Assembly (NCBI RefSeq): GCF_006345805.1
Contig: NC_043011.1
Coordinates: forward strand, 25,246,464-25,310,463
Direction: 5' to 3'
Source of the DNA: Octopus sinensis
Lineage: Eukaryota
DNA: 64,000 nucleotides
Made by a program: the position numbers and the translations under genes. A model generated the notes under the pieces. It did no database searches. It saw only the letters and a program-made list of their open reading frames with translations, and was not told the origin of the DNA. Below, piece by piece: positions 40,851 through 54,441 of this stretch; the first letter of the stretch is position 1, and every line of letters starts with the position of its first letter.

Positions 40851-43061
40851 ATATATATATATTTTGACTGAGAGCTGGTGAACCAGATGGCTGCACCAGG
40901 GTCCAATCTTGATTTGGCAGAGTTTCTACAGCTGGATGCCCTTTCTAACGCCAACCACTCCGAGAGTGTAGTGGGTGCTTTTTACGTGCCAAAGTCCAAA
41001 ATTTGGGAGGAGGGGACTAGTCGATTACATCGACCCCAGTTTCACTGGTACTTAATTTATTGATCCTGAAAAGATGAAAGGCAAAGTTGAGCACATGTTG
41101 ACTTTGCCTTTTGTCCTTTAGGGGTTGATAAAATAAGTATCAGTTGAGCACTGAGGTTGATGTAATTGACTTACCCACCTTCCCCTGAAATTGCTGGCCT
41201 CGAGCCAAAATTTGAAATCCATAATAATAATAATAATAATTTTTCATTTGCTGCATGGGCAAGATATGAGAAGTCATTACAAAGACAATAATATGATAAA
41301 TAATAATAAAAACAATCTTGTGAGTTGATGGAAATAAATTTATTATTACAGATATTAAGTGAAAACTACAGACATGGTACTTCAAATTCAGCATTCTTTA
41401 GTATAATAATAATAAAGATAAAGCCCAAGGAAGCATGACATTTTGCATAATTTTGGTTACTGAATATCAAGGAACGCTTGTAGAAGTTTGCATTACCAAA
41501 AAGGCCGACTTTGGTGTCAATTTTCCTAATGTTGTTTTGTGGATGACAGCTAAAATTTTAGCTATTTCAAGGAGTAATAACTTTCTCCATTGCAAGTTAT
41601 GGGATCAGTTGACTCTGGGTGCTAGTATCCAGAGTTCTGGATTAGACTTTTAGCAGCAACAAGATGAAGGAAATAACGAAGAATGATTGATAACAACAAA
41701 TTAATAATTTGAAGGTATCATCAAATACCAGAGGACACTTACTTAGTGCGGGTCCTTAACAGATCAAGTTTCTTGCAATATAAGTTCTGCAGAGTACCAA
41801 GAACTACACAAAGATTTGTGCCACTCTAGCCCCATATGGACCAAAACTTGTAGAAGTTGGTGCTTATGGGCCATAAAATGATTCTAGAGGAGTATGAGAA
41901 CAGAAATGATAAAAGAAGATAGCTGCTTCTACATTTACAATAGAGAAGCGAGTTATTTTTGTCACAGTGTAGCAGTGAGGAGTGATAAGTCTGTAGCTTA
42001 TGTTTCATAGAAGTAAGTGATAGGGGTATTTTAGCACAGGCAAAATACCATAAATTTTAGGAGAGGGAACAATGAATGAAATCAACCCCAGTACTTCACC
42101 GGTGCTTATTTTATTGAGAGAGAGAGGGAGAGAGAGTATTAAATTTTGGAATTGTTTAATATGCAGAAGACACAACTTATAAAAAATACCAGACAGAAAT
42201 TTATTTTACGTTTATAAAAAATAAAAACAACAACAAAACAAAACCTAATTAAACAGAGGGAAAATATTGATTTTTGCATAGTTTAAGGAAATATAGCTTT
42301 ACATGAAGTTGTATTCAAATATATTGGACAGGGTGTATAATCTCATTTTCTTTTCTTGTACTAATGACATTAGCCATCTAGTATATCAATGTTTCTTTGA
42401 AGTAATTTATTCTTTCTTCTATTTTACATAATTTCCAACAAATAAATACCAATAGTGGATACATGGAAGATATTCCTTTGCAAAAGAGTACATATATATA
42501 CAAACATATGTTTGGAAAAAGAATTTCTGAAATATTATCTATTTAAAAACAAATCTTAGAAAAATGGAGTGACATGGTTTGTGTCACTCTGTTTTGTAAG
42601 ATTTGTTTTAAATAATTAATAAATTTTAAGAAAATCTTTCTTCTAATATTGTGACTGTATCAAGTATTTTTTGCAAAAACCATTAAATACATACATATAC
42701 ATATATACATACTAACCACATGGTTCATGGTTCAGTCCCACTGCGTGGCACCTTGGGCAAGTGTCTTCTACTATAGCCTTGGGCCAACCAAAGCCTTGTG
42801 AGTGGATTTGGTAGACAGAAACAGAAAGAAGCCCATCGTATATATATATATATATATATATGGATGTGTGTGTGTATATGTTTGTCCCCCCAACATCGTT
42901 TGACAACCGATGGTGGTGTGTTTATGTCCTTGTAACTTAGCGGTTCAGCAAAAGAGACCGATAGAATAAGTACTAGGCTTCCAAAGACCTGGGGTCGATT
43001 TGCTCGACTAAAGGCGGTGCTCCAGCAAGGCCGCAGTCAAATGACTGAAACAAGTAAATGA

Positions 43062-43098
<37 letters not shown>

Positions 43099-43412
43099 TA
43101 TTGTCCTGTATTTAAAAAATCTAACATATATATCTATATATATCAGATCAGATTTTTTAAACAGGAGAATAGTTTCAAAGCACAAAAGTTATTTCCCATA
43201 TTTTATAAAGTATATTATAAAAATTTTTTTCTTTGCTTTCTCTTGATGTCTTTACATGGCTTGATTAAATATAAAAAAAAATTCAAAGAATGTAAAAAAT
43301 ATTGAAGAAAAATATTTGCCAATATATAGTTTATCTTGAAGCAATTATGCATTCCCTTAATGAAACACACACACACACACACACATTACATAAAAAAAGT
43401 TTTGCTCATTAA

Positions 43413-43632
43413 CCCTTTCATTACCAACCCACCCGAAACTGGTTCTGGCTCTGACTACAAATGTCCTGTTTACATGAGTTTTGAATTAAAATCTCCCACC
43501 AAATCTTAGTCACAATTTATGTTCCTAAAACTAGCTGAATGATAACTAAGTTACTTTACTAAATTCTTTGTTATATTTATAAATTAATTGAAAGAAACAG
43601 AGCATCTCAACAGAAATATGGTAACAAAAGGG
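43413..43632. mobile_element. piggyBac-like MITE
   Basis: TTAA|CCCTTTCATTACC...GGTAACAAAAGGG|TCAA. Confidence 0.65.
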
Positions 43633-46504
43633 TCAATCAGCTGTAACATTATGTTCTTGAACAAGTTCATCAAATGTTGCACTACACTACAGCCACTTCT
43701 GAGTTTGCTCAGATTGTGTTGACAGTTTTTCGCCATCAATGTCCCAATTTCTTATTTCACCTTAAATCTGGTTGATCATTTCCAAAATCAATTGAAGTCT
43801 TCAAATCTACCTTTTCTTTAAAATAGTTGGGTTTGGTTAAAATCATTAGCTCAGATATAACTATATCTGGGCTTGATAACTTCAATAAGAAACACATGTA
43901 TCTTAAAATAAATACAGTAACAAAAGGGTTAATCTGCCTATTAGCTTTTACAAAATATAGCATTATCATTACTTTAAGCCTGGTTAAATTGGTGAAAAGA
44001 TTGGGAAAAGCAAAAAAAAACCCTATACCTTAAAGTTGAATAAAACCTTTATTTCGCACATTTAATAGAGTTCCATAAAAATCTGTGTGTGTGTGTGGAC
44101 ACATTTTTACAAATTTACCATCAACTGACAGCTCATTTCCAAAACAAAAATTAAAATCAAACCATCAATTCTAAATATACTAACGCTATCAAACTGATAT
44201 TTTTAGTTTGAAGGTATTCTTAACTTCATTCTCAGCATATATCTGAAAAATATATAAATAAAAAAAAGAATGGTGATATATTACGAATGTAGGGGATAAG
44301 TCAAAATAAAGCACAATATGAAAAGGAATAGTGAAATAAAAGTTTGTTTCATTGAAGCCAACTTGGATTGATTGAAACAACAACTGCATATAGATCTCAA
44401 CAATTAACCTTTTAATACAGCTTGCGCACAAAATTTTTCATTAACTATTCTAATATCATCCTGGTTACTAGTTATTAGTTCTATGATACAAATGTTCATA
44501 TTTAAATTTAAAATTTCCATAAAAACTTTTATTCTAAACACCAGCTTAATAATAGCAAAGTTACCTATTAAACTTAACCTCTCCAAATTCTTTATTATTT
44601 CCATTAATTATAAAGGCAGTGAGCTAGCAGAATTGTTAGCATGCCAGGCAAAATGCTTAGTGACATTTTGTTCATCTTTACATTCTGAGTTCAAAATCTG
44701 CTGAGGTCGACTTTGCCTTTCATCAACTGGGGTTGATGTTATTGACTGACTCTTCCCCTGAAATTGCTGGCTTTGTGCCAAAATTTGAAACCATTATCAT
44801 TATTAACTATAGATAGGCACAGCCATGGCTATGAGATTAAGAAGTTTGTTTCACAACTACATGGAGTTTCTGGTTTGTTCCCATTGCAAGGCACTTTGGG
44901 CAAATCGTCGTCATCATCATCATCATCGTTTAACATCCACTTTCCATGCTGGCATGGGTTGGACGATTTGACTGAGGACTGGCGAACCAGATGGCTGCAC
45001 CAGGCTCCAATCTGATTTGGCAGAGTTTCTACAGCTGGATGCCCTTCCTAACGCCAACCACTCTGAGTGGGTGTTTTACATGCCACCAGCACGAGGGCCA
45101 GTTAGGCGGTACGCCTTCCACAGTAGCCTTGGGTTGCCCATAGCTTTGTGAGAGAAATTTAAGAGACAGAAACTTTATTAAAGCCGGTTGTATGTATGTT
45201 GTGTCTATATACATTTGTTTATGTCTATTTTTCCAAAACATTATCATCATAATTTAACGCCCGTTCTCCATGCTGGCATGGACTGGACAGTTTGACAGAA
45301 GATGGCCAGCTGGAGAGCTGCCTGAGCACCTTTTGTCTGTTTTGGCATGGTCTCTACAGCTGGATGCCCTTCCTAACACCAACCACTTTACAGAATGTAC
45401 TGGGCACTTTTAATGTCACACGGACACAGGCACTATTATGTGACACTGGCATGAATGCTTGGGTACTTTATGCGTTATTGGCACTGGTGCTTTTACATCT
45501 CACAGCTGATAGCGAGACATAAAGGAAGTGCCTGTATGTATGAATAGCCACAACTTCACTTAACTTGACGTGTCTTCTCAAGCACAGCTAGAAGTTTTGG
45601 GCCCTAGTCATCTCCTCCATGAGGTCCAACGTGCTTTGGACAAATGCTATTGATGTAGCTGGCTACCCTAGTTGACACTAACCCTCTAACCCTTACCTGT
45701 TTTCCAAATAAGGAATATTTTTATTCAATGTGACTTTGAAGGCATGAAGCAAGTGGGTGAATCATTGACAGAAGTACCAACAACAATATTGTTCAAATCT
45801 CAGGACTTAAGTGCAGATATAAACACATACACACACACAACTTGCATGTTTGTGTCTACCAAATCCACTCACTTTGGTTCACCTGGAGCCATAGTTGAAG
45901 AGGTTGCCCAAGGTATTGTGCAATGAAAGTGAGCCTGAAACCATGCAGCTGGGAAGTGAACTTCTTAACCATAATTTTTATGTGCATATGTTCACACTGG
46001 TATGGAGTGGATGTGACATTTTGAGGCAGTATTTTACAGCTGGATTCTCTTCTACTTGCTGACCCTTTTAGTCACCCCTTACATAAGAACATAGACTACA
46101 TAATTTAAATCTGGGATATACAAATAAAGATTTATAAAAGAGGCAGAAGGGCTCAAATTTCATGATGGGTATAGTTGATTATATCATTATCATCACCCTC
46201 ATTTACTGTCCACTTTTCTATGCATGCATGGGTAAGACAGAATTTGTCAAGGCAGATATTCTACAGCCAGATACTCTTCCTGTCACTGATCCTTTCCTGT
46301 TTTTCATCAAGGTAATATTTCCTCATAGCCAGGCATATTTTCATGGAAGACTGGAAACAATCAACATTGCTTGTATGACAGGGATGCTCATTTACACCCA
46401 TCATATGATGTCAACACACACACACATGTATATTAATAATGGGCCTCTAATTTCCTTCTAGTAAATCTAATCACAAAGCTTTGGTTAGCCCAGGGTTCTA
46501 GTAC

Positions 46505-46790
46505 ATCATTGTTTAACGTCCGTTTTCCATGTTAGCATGGGTTGGACAGTTCGACCGGGGTCTGGGAAGCCAGAAGGCTGCACCAGGCTCCAGTCTGATC
46601 TGGCAGTGTTTCTACAGCTGGATGCCCTTCCTAACGCCAACCACTCCATCAATGTAGTGGGTGCTTTTTACGTGCCAGGCGAGGCTGACAACGGGCACGA
46701 TCGGTGGTGCTTTTTACGTGCACCAACCGATCATGGCCATTGCCAGCCTCATCTGGCACCTGTGCCGGTGGCACGTAAAAAGCACCCAAC
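46505..46790 (-). mobile_element. RTE-3'-tail-type interspersed repeat (abundant family ending in (GAT)n)
   Basis: GTTTAACGTCCGTTTTCCATG...CTGGATGCCCTTCCTAACGCCAACCAC. Many related copies, e.g. ~6140, 18980, 20890, 25860, 33700, 44905, 45250, 53200 and 56380. Confidence 0.65.
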
Positions 46791-47144
46791 CTCTGTGATA
46801 TGAACTCAGAATGTAAAAAATTGTAACAAAATACCATAAGGTATTCTGCCAATCTACAACAAAATATTGGTTTCAAATTTTGGCACAAGATCAGCAATTC
46901 AGTGAGAAGGGTTAGGTAGATTACATCGACTCCAGTATTCAACTGGTACTTCTTTTATCGACCTCAAAAGGAATGAAAGCTAAAGTCAACCTTGGTAGAA
47001 TTTGAACTCAGAATGTAAAGATGAACAAAATGCTAAGTATTTAGCCTGGTACAGTAATGATTCTGCCAGCTTGCTGCTCAATCAACAACAAAATATTAAT
47101 AATCAATTTAATTATCCTCTTTAAACAATAGAGCACAATATCTT

Positions 47145-47201
47145 TTTATTTTATATAATATTTGGGGAATAAGAGAAATTGAAATATACCTAAAGTTTAT
47201 T
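47145..47201 (-). promoter_or_regulatory. Candidate GOT1 polyadenylation signals (AATAAA at 47201-47196 and 47150-47145)
   Basis: Two TTTATT hexamers on the + strand, about 10 and 60 nt downstream of the TAG stop. Confidence 0.35.
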
Positions 47202-47210
47202 TTCTCCTGG

Positions 47211-47344
47211 CTAGTTCACAACAACATCGTAGATTGCACTCGCTACATAATCTAAGTTGCTGCTATTCAGGCCACACATGTTTATTCGTCCTTGCTTGAT
47301 TAAATAGATGTGGAATTTCTTAACCATCTTGTCAACTTGAGTTG
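47211..47344 (-). CDS. GOT1: Cytosolic aspartate aminotransferase, last exon (134 nt)
   Basis: Acceptor CTTCTTCCAG; C|CA gives PTQVDKMVKKFHIYLIKQGRINMCGLNSSNLDYVASAIYDVVVN*. Contains the substrate-binding Arg of GRIN. Confidence 0.93.
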
Positions 47345-47443
47345 CTGGAAGAAGAAAAAGAATTGAAAAGTTTTTCCAAAATTTTTTTTTTTATTAAGCA
47401 TCTCAATCTATAACATGAAAGCAATTTATTAAAAGAGAAAAAA

Positions 47444-48522
47444 CAAAAAAAAAAAAAGCAGGACATTTTTACTGAAAACATTCTGTAAGATGTTATGAAA
47501 TCATATTCTTAATTATGTAACTGATAACACTATCTAACACGATTTTTGTCCTTGGGTAGCAACTGCTATTTCTTATTTGCTTACCCCCAGAAAGTATATA
47601 AAATGGTTAATATTTCCTTCAAACTTTGCTTTTGTTGATATTTATTCAAACCCCAAAGTATCCCCCTCAATAATGGCTATGATGCTCCTCCACTATTCAG
47701 AGATGCACATATTGTCAGCCAATAAGGAACAGGCTCAAGTGGTTAAGGTCAAGCAACTGACAAGCAAATTTGTGGTATTGAGCGAGAATATTTGCTATAA
47801 TGATATTCTGCTTCAGCAACTAAGCACTAGATCTGTCTGAAATGCAATGGAAAATAAGTCAGTTTTCCAAACATTGATGTCCATATCATTAAAAGCAAAG
47901 TTTGAAGGGAATAGTAGTCATTTCCTTTGATTTCTTGATAGAAGCAAATAGGAAATAACACTTAATGACCAAAGACAAAAAAAAAAAAAAGCAGGACATT
48001 TTTACTGAAAACATTCTGTAAGATGTTATGAAATCATATTCTTAATTATGTAACTGATAACACTATCTAACACGATTTTTGTCCTTGGGTAGCAACTGCT
48101 ATTTCTTATTTGCTTACCCCCAGAAAGTATATAAAATGGTTAATATTTCCTTCAAACTTTGCTTTTGTTGATATTTATTCAAACCCCAAAGTATCCCCCT
48201 CAATAATGGCTATGATGCTCCTCCACTATTCAGAGATGCACATATTGTCAGCCAATAAGGAACAGGCTCAAGTGGTTAAGGTCAAGCAACTGACAAGCAA
48301 ATTTGTGGTATTGAGCGAGAATATTTGCTATAATGATATTCTGCTTCAGCAACTAAGCACTAGATCTGTCTGAAATGCAATGGAAAATAAGTCAGTTTTC
48401 CAAACATTGATGTCCATATCATTAAAAGCAAAGTTTGAAGGGAATAGTAGTCATTTCCTTTGATTTCTTGATAGAAGCAAATAGGAAATAACACTTAATG
48501 ACCAAAGACAAAAAAAAAAAAA
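47444..48522. repeat. 533-bp direct tandem duplication in the last GOT1 intron
   Basis: Identical ORFs at 47577 and 48110 (offset 533). The units are bounded by C(A)13-14 tracts at 47444, 47976 and 48509. Confidence 0.95.
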
Positions 48523-48754
48523 TAAAATTTTGTTATACAGTGTAATCACATTGATATACACATAAATACCTGCACAGCTATACATATTTATGCACAAAAT
48601 TGTGTGAAGTAATGTATTTAATTCCACCTTCTAAGCCATAAATGGCCCAGCTCTGGTTTCGTGGTATTAATTATGGGTGTGTGGTTTAGAAACTCAGTTT
48701 ACAACCATACGCTTTTGAGTTTAAAGCTTTAACATTTAACTCTTTAGCATTTAA

Positions 48755-48975
48755 CCCTTTAGTGTTCGCATTATTCTGCCAAAACAAGTGCTTTTTTATC
48801 CACATTGTTTTGAACTAATCATGCATTATCTTGTAGTTATGAGATTTTGATGAGGCAGCTGTTAATTTTTAAGATGATATTGTAGGGTTGGTGTGAGAGA
48901 CCAGATCTGGCCAGTTTGAACATAAAAGAAGCAGAATACTTTTGGCCGGATATGGCCGGTTTAAATGCTAAAGGA
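48755..48975. mobile_element. piggyBac-like MITE
   Basis: TTAA|CCCTTTAG...ATGCTAAAGGA|TTAA. Same family as 35868-36099. Confidence 0.7.
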
Positions 48976-49337
48976 TTAAACTGGCTGTATCTGGCCCAAA
49001 TATTGTACCTGTTTTACGTCCAAACTGGCCAGATCTGGCCTCTTACACCTACCCTACAATGTTATTCTATAAATAAAAAATCACATCATCATAATCTTGA
49101 AGTTTTGAGATAATGCATGATTAAGTGGAAATAATGTGTTATTGGTTTGTTTACATCACTGTAATTTAGTGGTTCAGTAAAGAAAACCAATATAAGTACT
49201 AAACCCTTCAAGGAGGTGGCCATGGTTACAGTTCAATAACTGTAACAAGTAAAAAATCAAAAATCAAAAAGTAAATACCTGACCTAATAATTTATTATGT
49301 TATTTTCATTCATAATGTAAGCTATTCAAGAAGTTTA

Positions 49338-49529
<192 letters not shown>

Positions 49530-49778
49530 TTAAAGAGAGACAGAACACAATATATGAAGGGCATTCCAGAAATTTTGAGACTTTTTTTTTAGGAATTACA
49601 GTTACAACTGTCCTAGATTACACTATGTAACATGATTTATGTTCTTGGGTAGCAACTGTTATTTCCTATTTGTTTACCCTATAAACTACAGTGGTCTTAT
49701 AAAATTTGTGTGAAGATTTCCTTCTACTCTATGATACTCTACCCACCGAAGAAGACCATTTGCATTGATCTGACTTAC

Positions 49779-49944
49779 CATTCGTTGTAATATGAAGGGT
49801 TGTTCAAGACAGTAGCAACCACACGTGCCCCATGATTAGGGGGGTTGGACCAGATACGCCGCACAATGATTTCCAGCTGGGAACTGCATCGCTCCATGGC
49901 ATTGGTAGTATTACAGACAAGGACTAGGTTTCCGATACGTTCAT
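49779..49944 (-). CDS. GOT1: GOT1 exon (166 nt)
   Basis: CCTAG|AT gives (N)ERIGNLVLVCNTTNAMERCSSQLEIIVRRIWSNPPNHGARVVATVLNNPSYYNE TG|GTAAGT. Confidence 0.93.
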
Positions 49945-50547
49945 CTAGGTAAAAAAAAAAAAAAAAGGGCATATCAAAACCATAATTTTTTTCTCTGATT
50001 ATAACATTATTTGGGAGTAGCTATGATCACAACTGGTTTCATCATAATATATCTATATGTCAAGTAATAATTACTAATGTTACATGTAAGATAATTATAA
50101 CAATCTAAAATGAATATATCTTTACTAAAATTCAACTGAGTGGTCATCGTTGTTGTCGTCATCATCATCCTCATCATTTAATACTCACATTTCCATGCTT
50201 GCATGGGTCAGACAGAATTTGAGGAGATAGATATTCTACGGTTGGATACCCTTCCTGTTGCCAACACTCACTTGTTCCCAAGCAAGGTTATATTTCCTCA
50301 TTGTTTGACATATTTTTCACTGAAGGCTTGATACAAACAATTAAGCTTGTATGATGGTGATGCTCATTTACAATCAACACATAATGTCAAGGCAAGGGCA
50401 CGTGCACATGCTCACACGTATACAGATACATATATGATAGGTCTCCTTTCAGTTTCCATCATCCAAATTCACTCACAAGGCTTTGATTGGTTCAGAGCTC
50501 ATTCTCCTCCTCATTATCATCATTTAACACATTTTCCATGCTGGTAA

Positions 50548-53201
50548 GGGTTTATAAAAATAGTAATGATCCTATTCTTATTAATATATTTTACTGACTA
50601 TCTTTTACATGCAGCGGCAATACACATAAGTTTGGAATGACAACAAGATTTCTTTTTAAGATATATACATTATTTATTTTACATATTTTACAATCATGTT
50701 TGATGTTGGAAGTTTGTAAGTGTTCGCATGTTTTTGTGTCTGTGTGTTCGTTAGGCGTAAAAAGGTACTGACCAGTGAATTGTCGATGGGATTTGATTCA
50801 CAGTTAATGTTGTTGGTATCGACTTGGCAACAGGTAATTACAGATGGCTTAAGGTAGTTCTTAGAAGAAACTAGAACCCAAGAAACAGATAATTGATTTA
50901 CCGTTTATGAGGTACACCGTAAGAGTCCCATATCAAGATATTGCATGTCGCAGTTGAGATTAATTGAATCACTCGTTGTGTTTATCTTTCTCTTGATATG
51001 AATATACTTCCAGACATGTTACTGTAGCCGTTTTCTTCGTGGCGAGAATTTCACCTAACCGCTATAGTTGAATCTGTAGTTGTCTCGTGTACAATTTAAA
51101 TCTTCGATGTTTGTCGATTGGTTCTTGCTGCTTCTTCATCATATGTTCTGCTTGGTTATTTTTCTCTAGTTATAGATATCTTGTAACCGTTTTCTTCATG
51201 GTGATATTTCACACTAACAGTATGTTAGGTATCTGTAACATCTTGTATTAATGGTGGTCGCCTGCCTCGAAACTGGAACTTGGTCGAGTATTCTCTGTGT
51301 GGTCAGAGACTTAGTTCTTAAAAGAACTAAAAGCCTACGACGAGCTCTGTGTGGTCAGAGGTTCGCCCTGAGAAGGACTGGAAACCTAAGACGAGCTCTG
51401 TGTGGTCAGAGGTTCGCCCTGAGAAGGACTGGAAACCTAAGACGAGCTCTGTGTGGTCAGAGGTTCGCCCTGAGAAGGACTGGAAACCTAAGACGAATAT
51501 TTTTTCTGAGAAACCTTGTTTTATAAGCTTCACCAGGCTCCCAGTGAACTTCAGAAATGGAAAGCTGTGATTGGCTGCTTGGACTATGGCGCGAAAATAA
51601 GTCGAGACATTTTGCGCCAAGTTATAACCAGCGGTGCGAGCGTAGTAGAGACCAACGTGTCAGCCAATCGAATTAGTGTTTACAACAATGTTAAACTAGC
51701 CAAAGCTGTTTTAATCTCGACCGAGGTCATTCTTAATACTCTTCTCAAACAGTGAAGATAGCAATGAGAGACGATATTGCTACATATAGCCTCTTGCCAG
51801 ACGTTTTGTCTACGACAAAACGGCGATAAAATTGACATTATTATATATATCTATTTTTTTGGTTTTCTTAAAAAGTTCATCTTTCAGCGTTCTCTTGTGT
51901 CAATTCCGTAACTTATGTCTACCGTTGGCCGCGCAGTATATCAGAAGTCCTGCGTATTAAAGGGGTCACCAGTATAAAAATAGGTACTGACCCGATTCTT
52001 AATAATATATTTTACTGACTATCTTTTACATGCAGCGGCAATACACATAAGTTTGGAATGACAACAAGATTTCTTTTTAAGATATATACATTATTTATTT
52101 TACATATTTTACAATCATGTTTGATGTTGGAAGTTTGTAAGTGTTCGCATGTTTTTGTGTCTGTGTGTTCGTTAGGCGTAAAAGGTACTGACCAGTGAAT
52201 TGTCGATGGGATTTGATTCACAGTTAATGTTGTTGGTATCGACTTGGCAACAGGTAATTACAGATGGCTTAAGGTAGTTCTTAGAAGAAACTAGAACCCA
52301 AGAAACAGATAATTGATTTACCGTTTATGAGGTACACCGTAAGAGTCCCATATCAAGATATTGCATGTCGCAGTTGAGATTAATTGAATCACTCGTTGTG
52401 TTTATCTTTCTCTTGATATGAATATACTTCCAGACATGTTACTGTAGCCGTTTTCTTCGTGGCGAGAATTTCACCTAACCGCTATAGTTGAATCTGTAGT
52501 TGTCTCGTGTACAATTTAAATCTCGATGTTTGTCGATTGGTTCTTGCTGCTTCTTCATCATATGTTCTGCTTGGTTATTTTTCTCTAGTTATAGATATCT
52601 TGTAACCGTTTTCTTCATGGTGATATTTCACACTAACAGTATGTTAGGTATCTGTAACATCTTGTATTAATGGTGGTCGCCTGCCTCGAAACTGGAACTT
52701 GGTCGAGTATTCTCTGTGTGGTCAGAGACTTAGTTCTTAAAAGAACTAAAAGCCTACGACGAGCTCTGTGTGGTCAGAGGTTCGCCCTGAGAGGACTGGA
52801 AACCTAAGACGAGCTCTGTGTGGTCAGAGGTTCGCCCTGAGAAGGACTGGAAACCTAAGACGAGCTCTGTGTGGTCAGAGGTTCGCCCTGAGAAGGACTG
52901 GAAACCTAAGACGAATATTTTTTCTGAGAAACCTTGTTTTATAAGCTTCACCAGGCTCCCAGTGAACTTCAGAATGGAAAGCTGTGATTGGCTGCTTGGA
53001 CTATGGCGCGAAAATAAGTCGAGACATTTTGCGCCAAGTTATAACCAGCGGTGCGAGCGTAGTAGAGACCAACGTGTCAGCCAATCGAATTAGTGTTTAC
53101 AACAATGTTAAACTAGCCAAAGCTGTTTGTATCTCGACCGAGGTCATTCTTAATACTCTTCTCAAACAGTGAAGATAGCAATGAGAGACGATATTGCTAC
53201 A
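50548..53201. mobile_element. Unclassified CpG-rich young repeat, ~1.42-kb unit present as ~1.9 tandem copies, inside a GOT1 intron
   Basis: 50611 onward matches 52032 onward (offset 1421, falling to 1417 through four 1-nt indels). The insert splits an older repeat: CATGCTGG on the left, AGGTTAGACAGTTTGAC on the right. Confidence 0.8.
51339..51491 (+). repeat. 3 x 51-bp tandem array (second array at 52758-52909)
   Basis: Unit GACGAGCTCTGTGTGGTCAGAGGTTCGCCCTGAGAAGGACTGGAAACCTAA; identical units with no spacers. Confidence 0.95.
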
Positions 53202-53716
53202 GGTTAGACAGTTTGACTAGAACTGGTAAGCTGGAATGCTGCACCAGGCTCAAGTCGTCTGTTTTGGGCTTGGTTTCTATGGATGGATGCCCTTCCTAAT
53301 GCCGACCACTTTACAGAGCATACTGAGTGTTTCTTACATGTGTCTTTTATGTGTCACAGGCCTGGATTTCTTCAAAGTGGCACTAGCATGGGTACTTTAC
53401 ATGTGTCACTGGCACTGGAAATGACCATGATTCACTTAGCTCAACGTATCTTTTCAAGCACAACAAAATACCAGAAGTCTTGCTAACTTGGCATTGCCTC
53501 CATGAAGCTCAACAACTGAGGGTTATATAATAGACAACACTTTCCCAAAGTTTCACACTGTGGCACTGCACCAAGACCACATGGTTGGAAAGTAAGCTTA
53601 TCACCACACAACCACACCTGTGTCAATATATGTATCTATTATATTACAGAAAACATGGAAATAGCAGTTCCACAGATATATATCGTTACTGAAAATAGCA
53701 GAATGTTTACCAGTTA

Positions 53717-53986
<270 letters not shown>

Positions 53987-54211
53987 TTAACATCAACCTG
54001 TCCATGCTTAACATCCTAACCACTAAGCCATACATGCATGGGGCAGACAATTTTTTGACGCAGATTTTCTACAACCAGATACTGTTGTTGTCATCATCAT
54101 CATTTAATGTTTGTTTTTCCATGCTTGCATGAGTTAGATGAATTTTGTTGCGGCAGATTTACTATGGTTGGATGCCCTTGCTGTCATCAACCCTCACCTG
54201 TTTCCAAGCAA

Positions 54212-54441
54212 GGTGGCGAGCTGGCAGAATTGTTAGCACGCCGGGCGAAATGCTCAGCAGTATTTCGTCTGTCACTACGTTCTGAGTTCAAATTCCGCCG
54301 AGGTCGACTTTGCCTTTCATCCTTTCGGGGTCGATAAATTAAGTACCAGTTATGCACTGGGGTTGATGTAATCGACTTAATCCGTTTGTCTGTCCTTATT
54401 TGTCCCCTCTGTGTTTAGCCCCTTGTGGGTAGTAAAGAAAT
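54212..54441 (+). mobile_element. tRNA-derived SINE family A, least diverged copy in the window
   Basis: The full head GGTGGCGAGCTGGCAGAATTGTTAGCACGCCGGGCG, B-box GAGTTCAAATTCC and CpGs are retained. Other copies lie at ~27862, 30115, 30852 and 44615 (+) and ~46870, 57420, 62005 and 63335 (-). Confidence 0.8.

Noticed and set aside
12700-47100. Additional host gene between the two convergent genes
   Set aside because: All ORFs with recognisable motifs are TE-derived, and no splice-consistent exon chain was found. Small exons of a long-intron gene cannot be excluded without RNA data.
51339-52909. 51-bp arrays as a CRISPR array or as a repeat protein
   Set aside because: The units are contiguous and identical with no unique spacers, there are no cas genes, and the context is eukaryotic. 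The ORFs are open only because 51 is divisible by 3; a frameshift in the second array argues against coding.
50548-53201. Classification as an LTR retrotransposon or Helitron
   Set aside because: Only one TG/CA-type end, no PBS or PPT, no clear TSD, and the strong hairpin is not followed by a terminal CTRR. Left unclassified.
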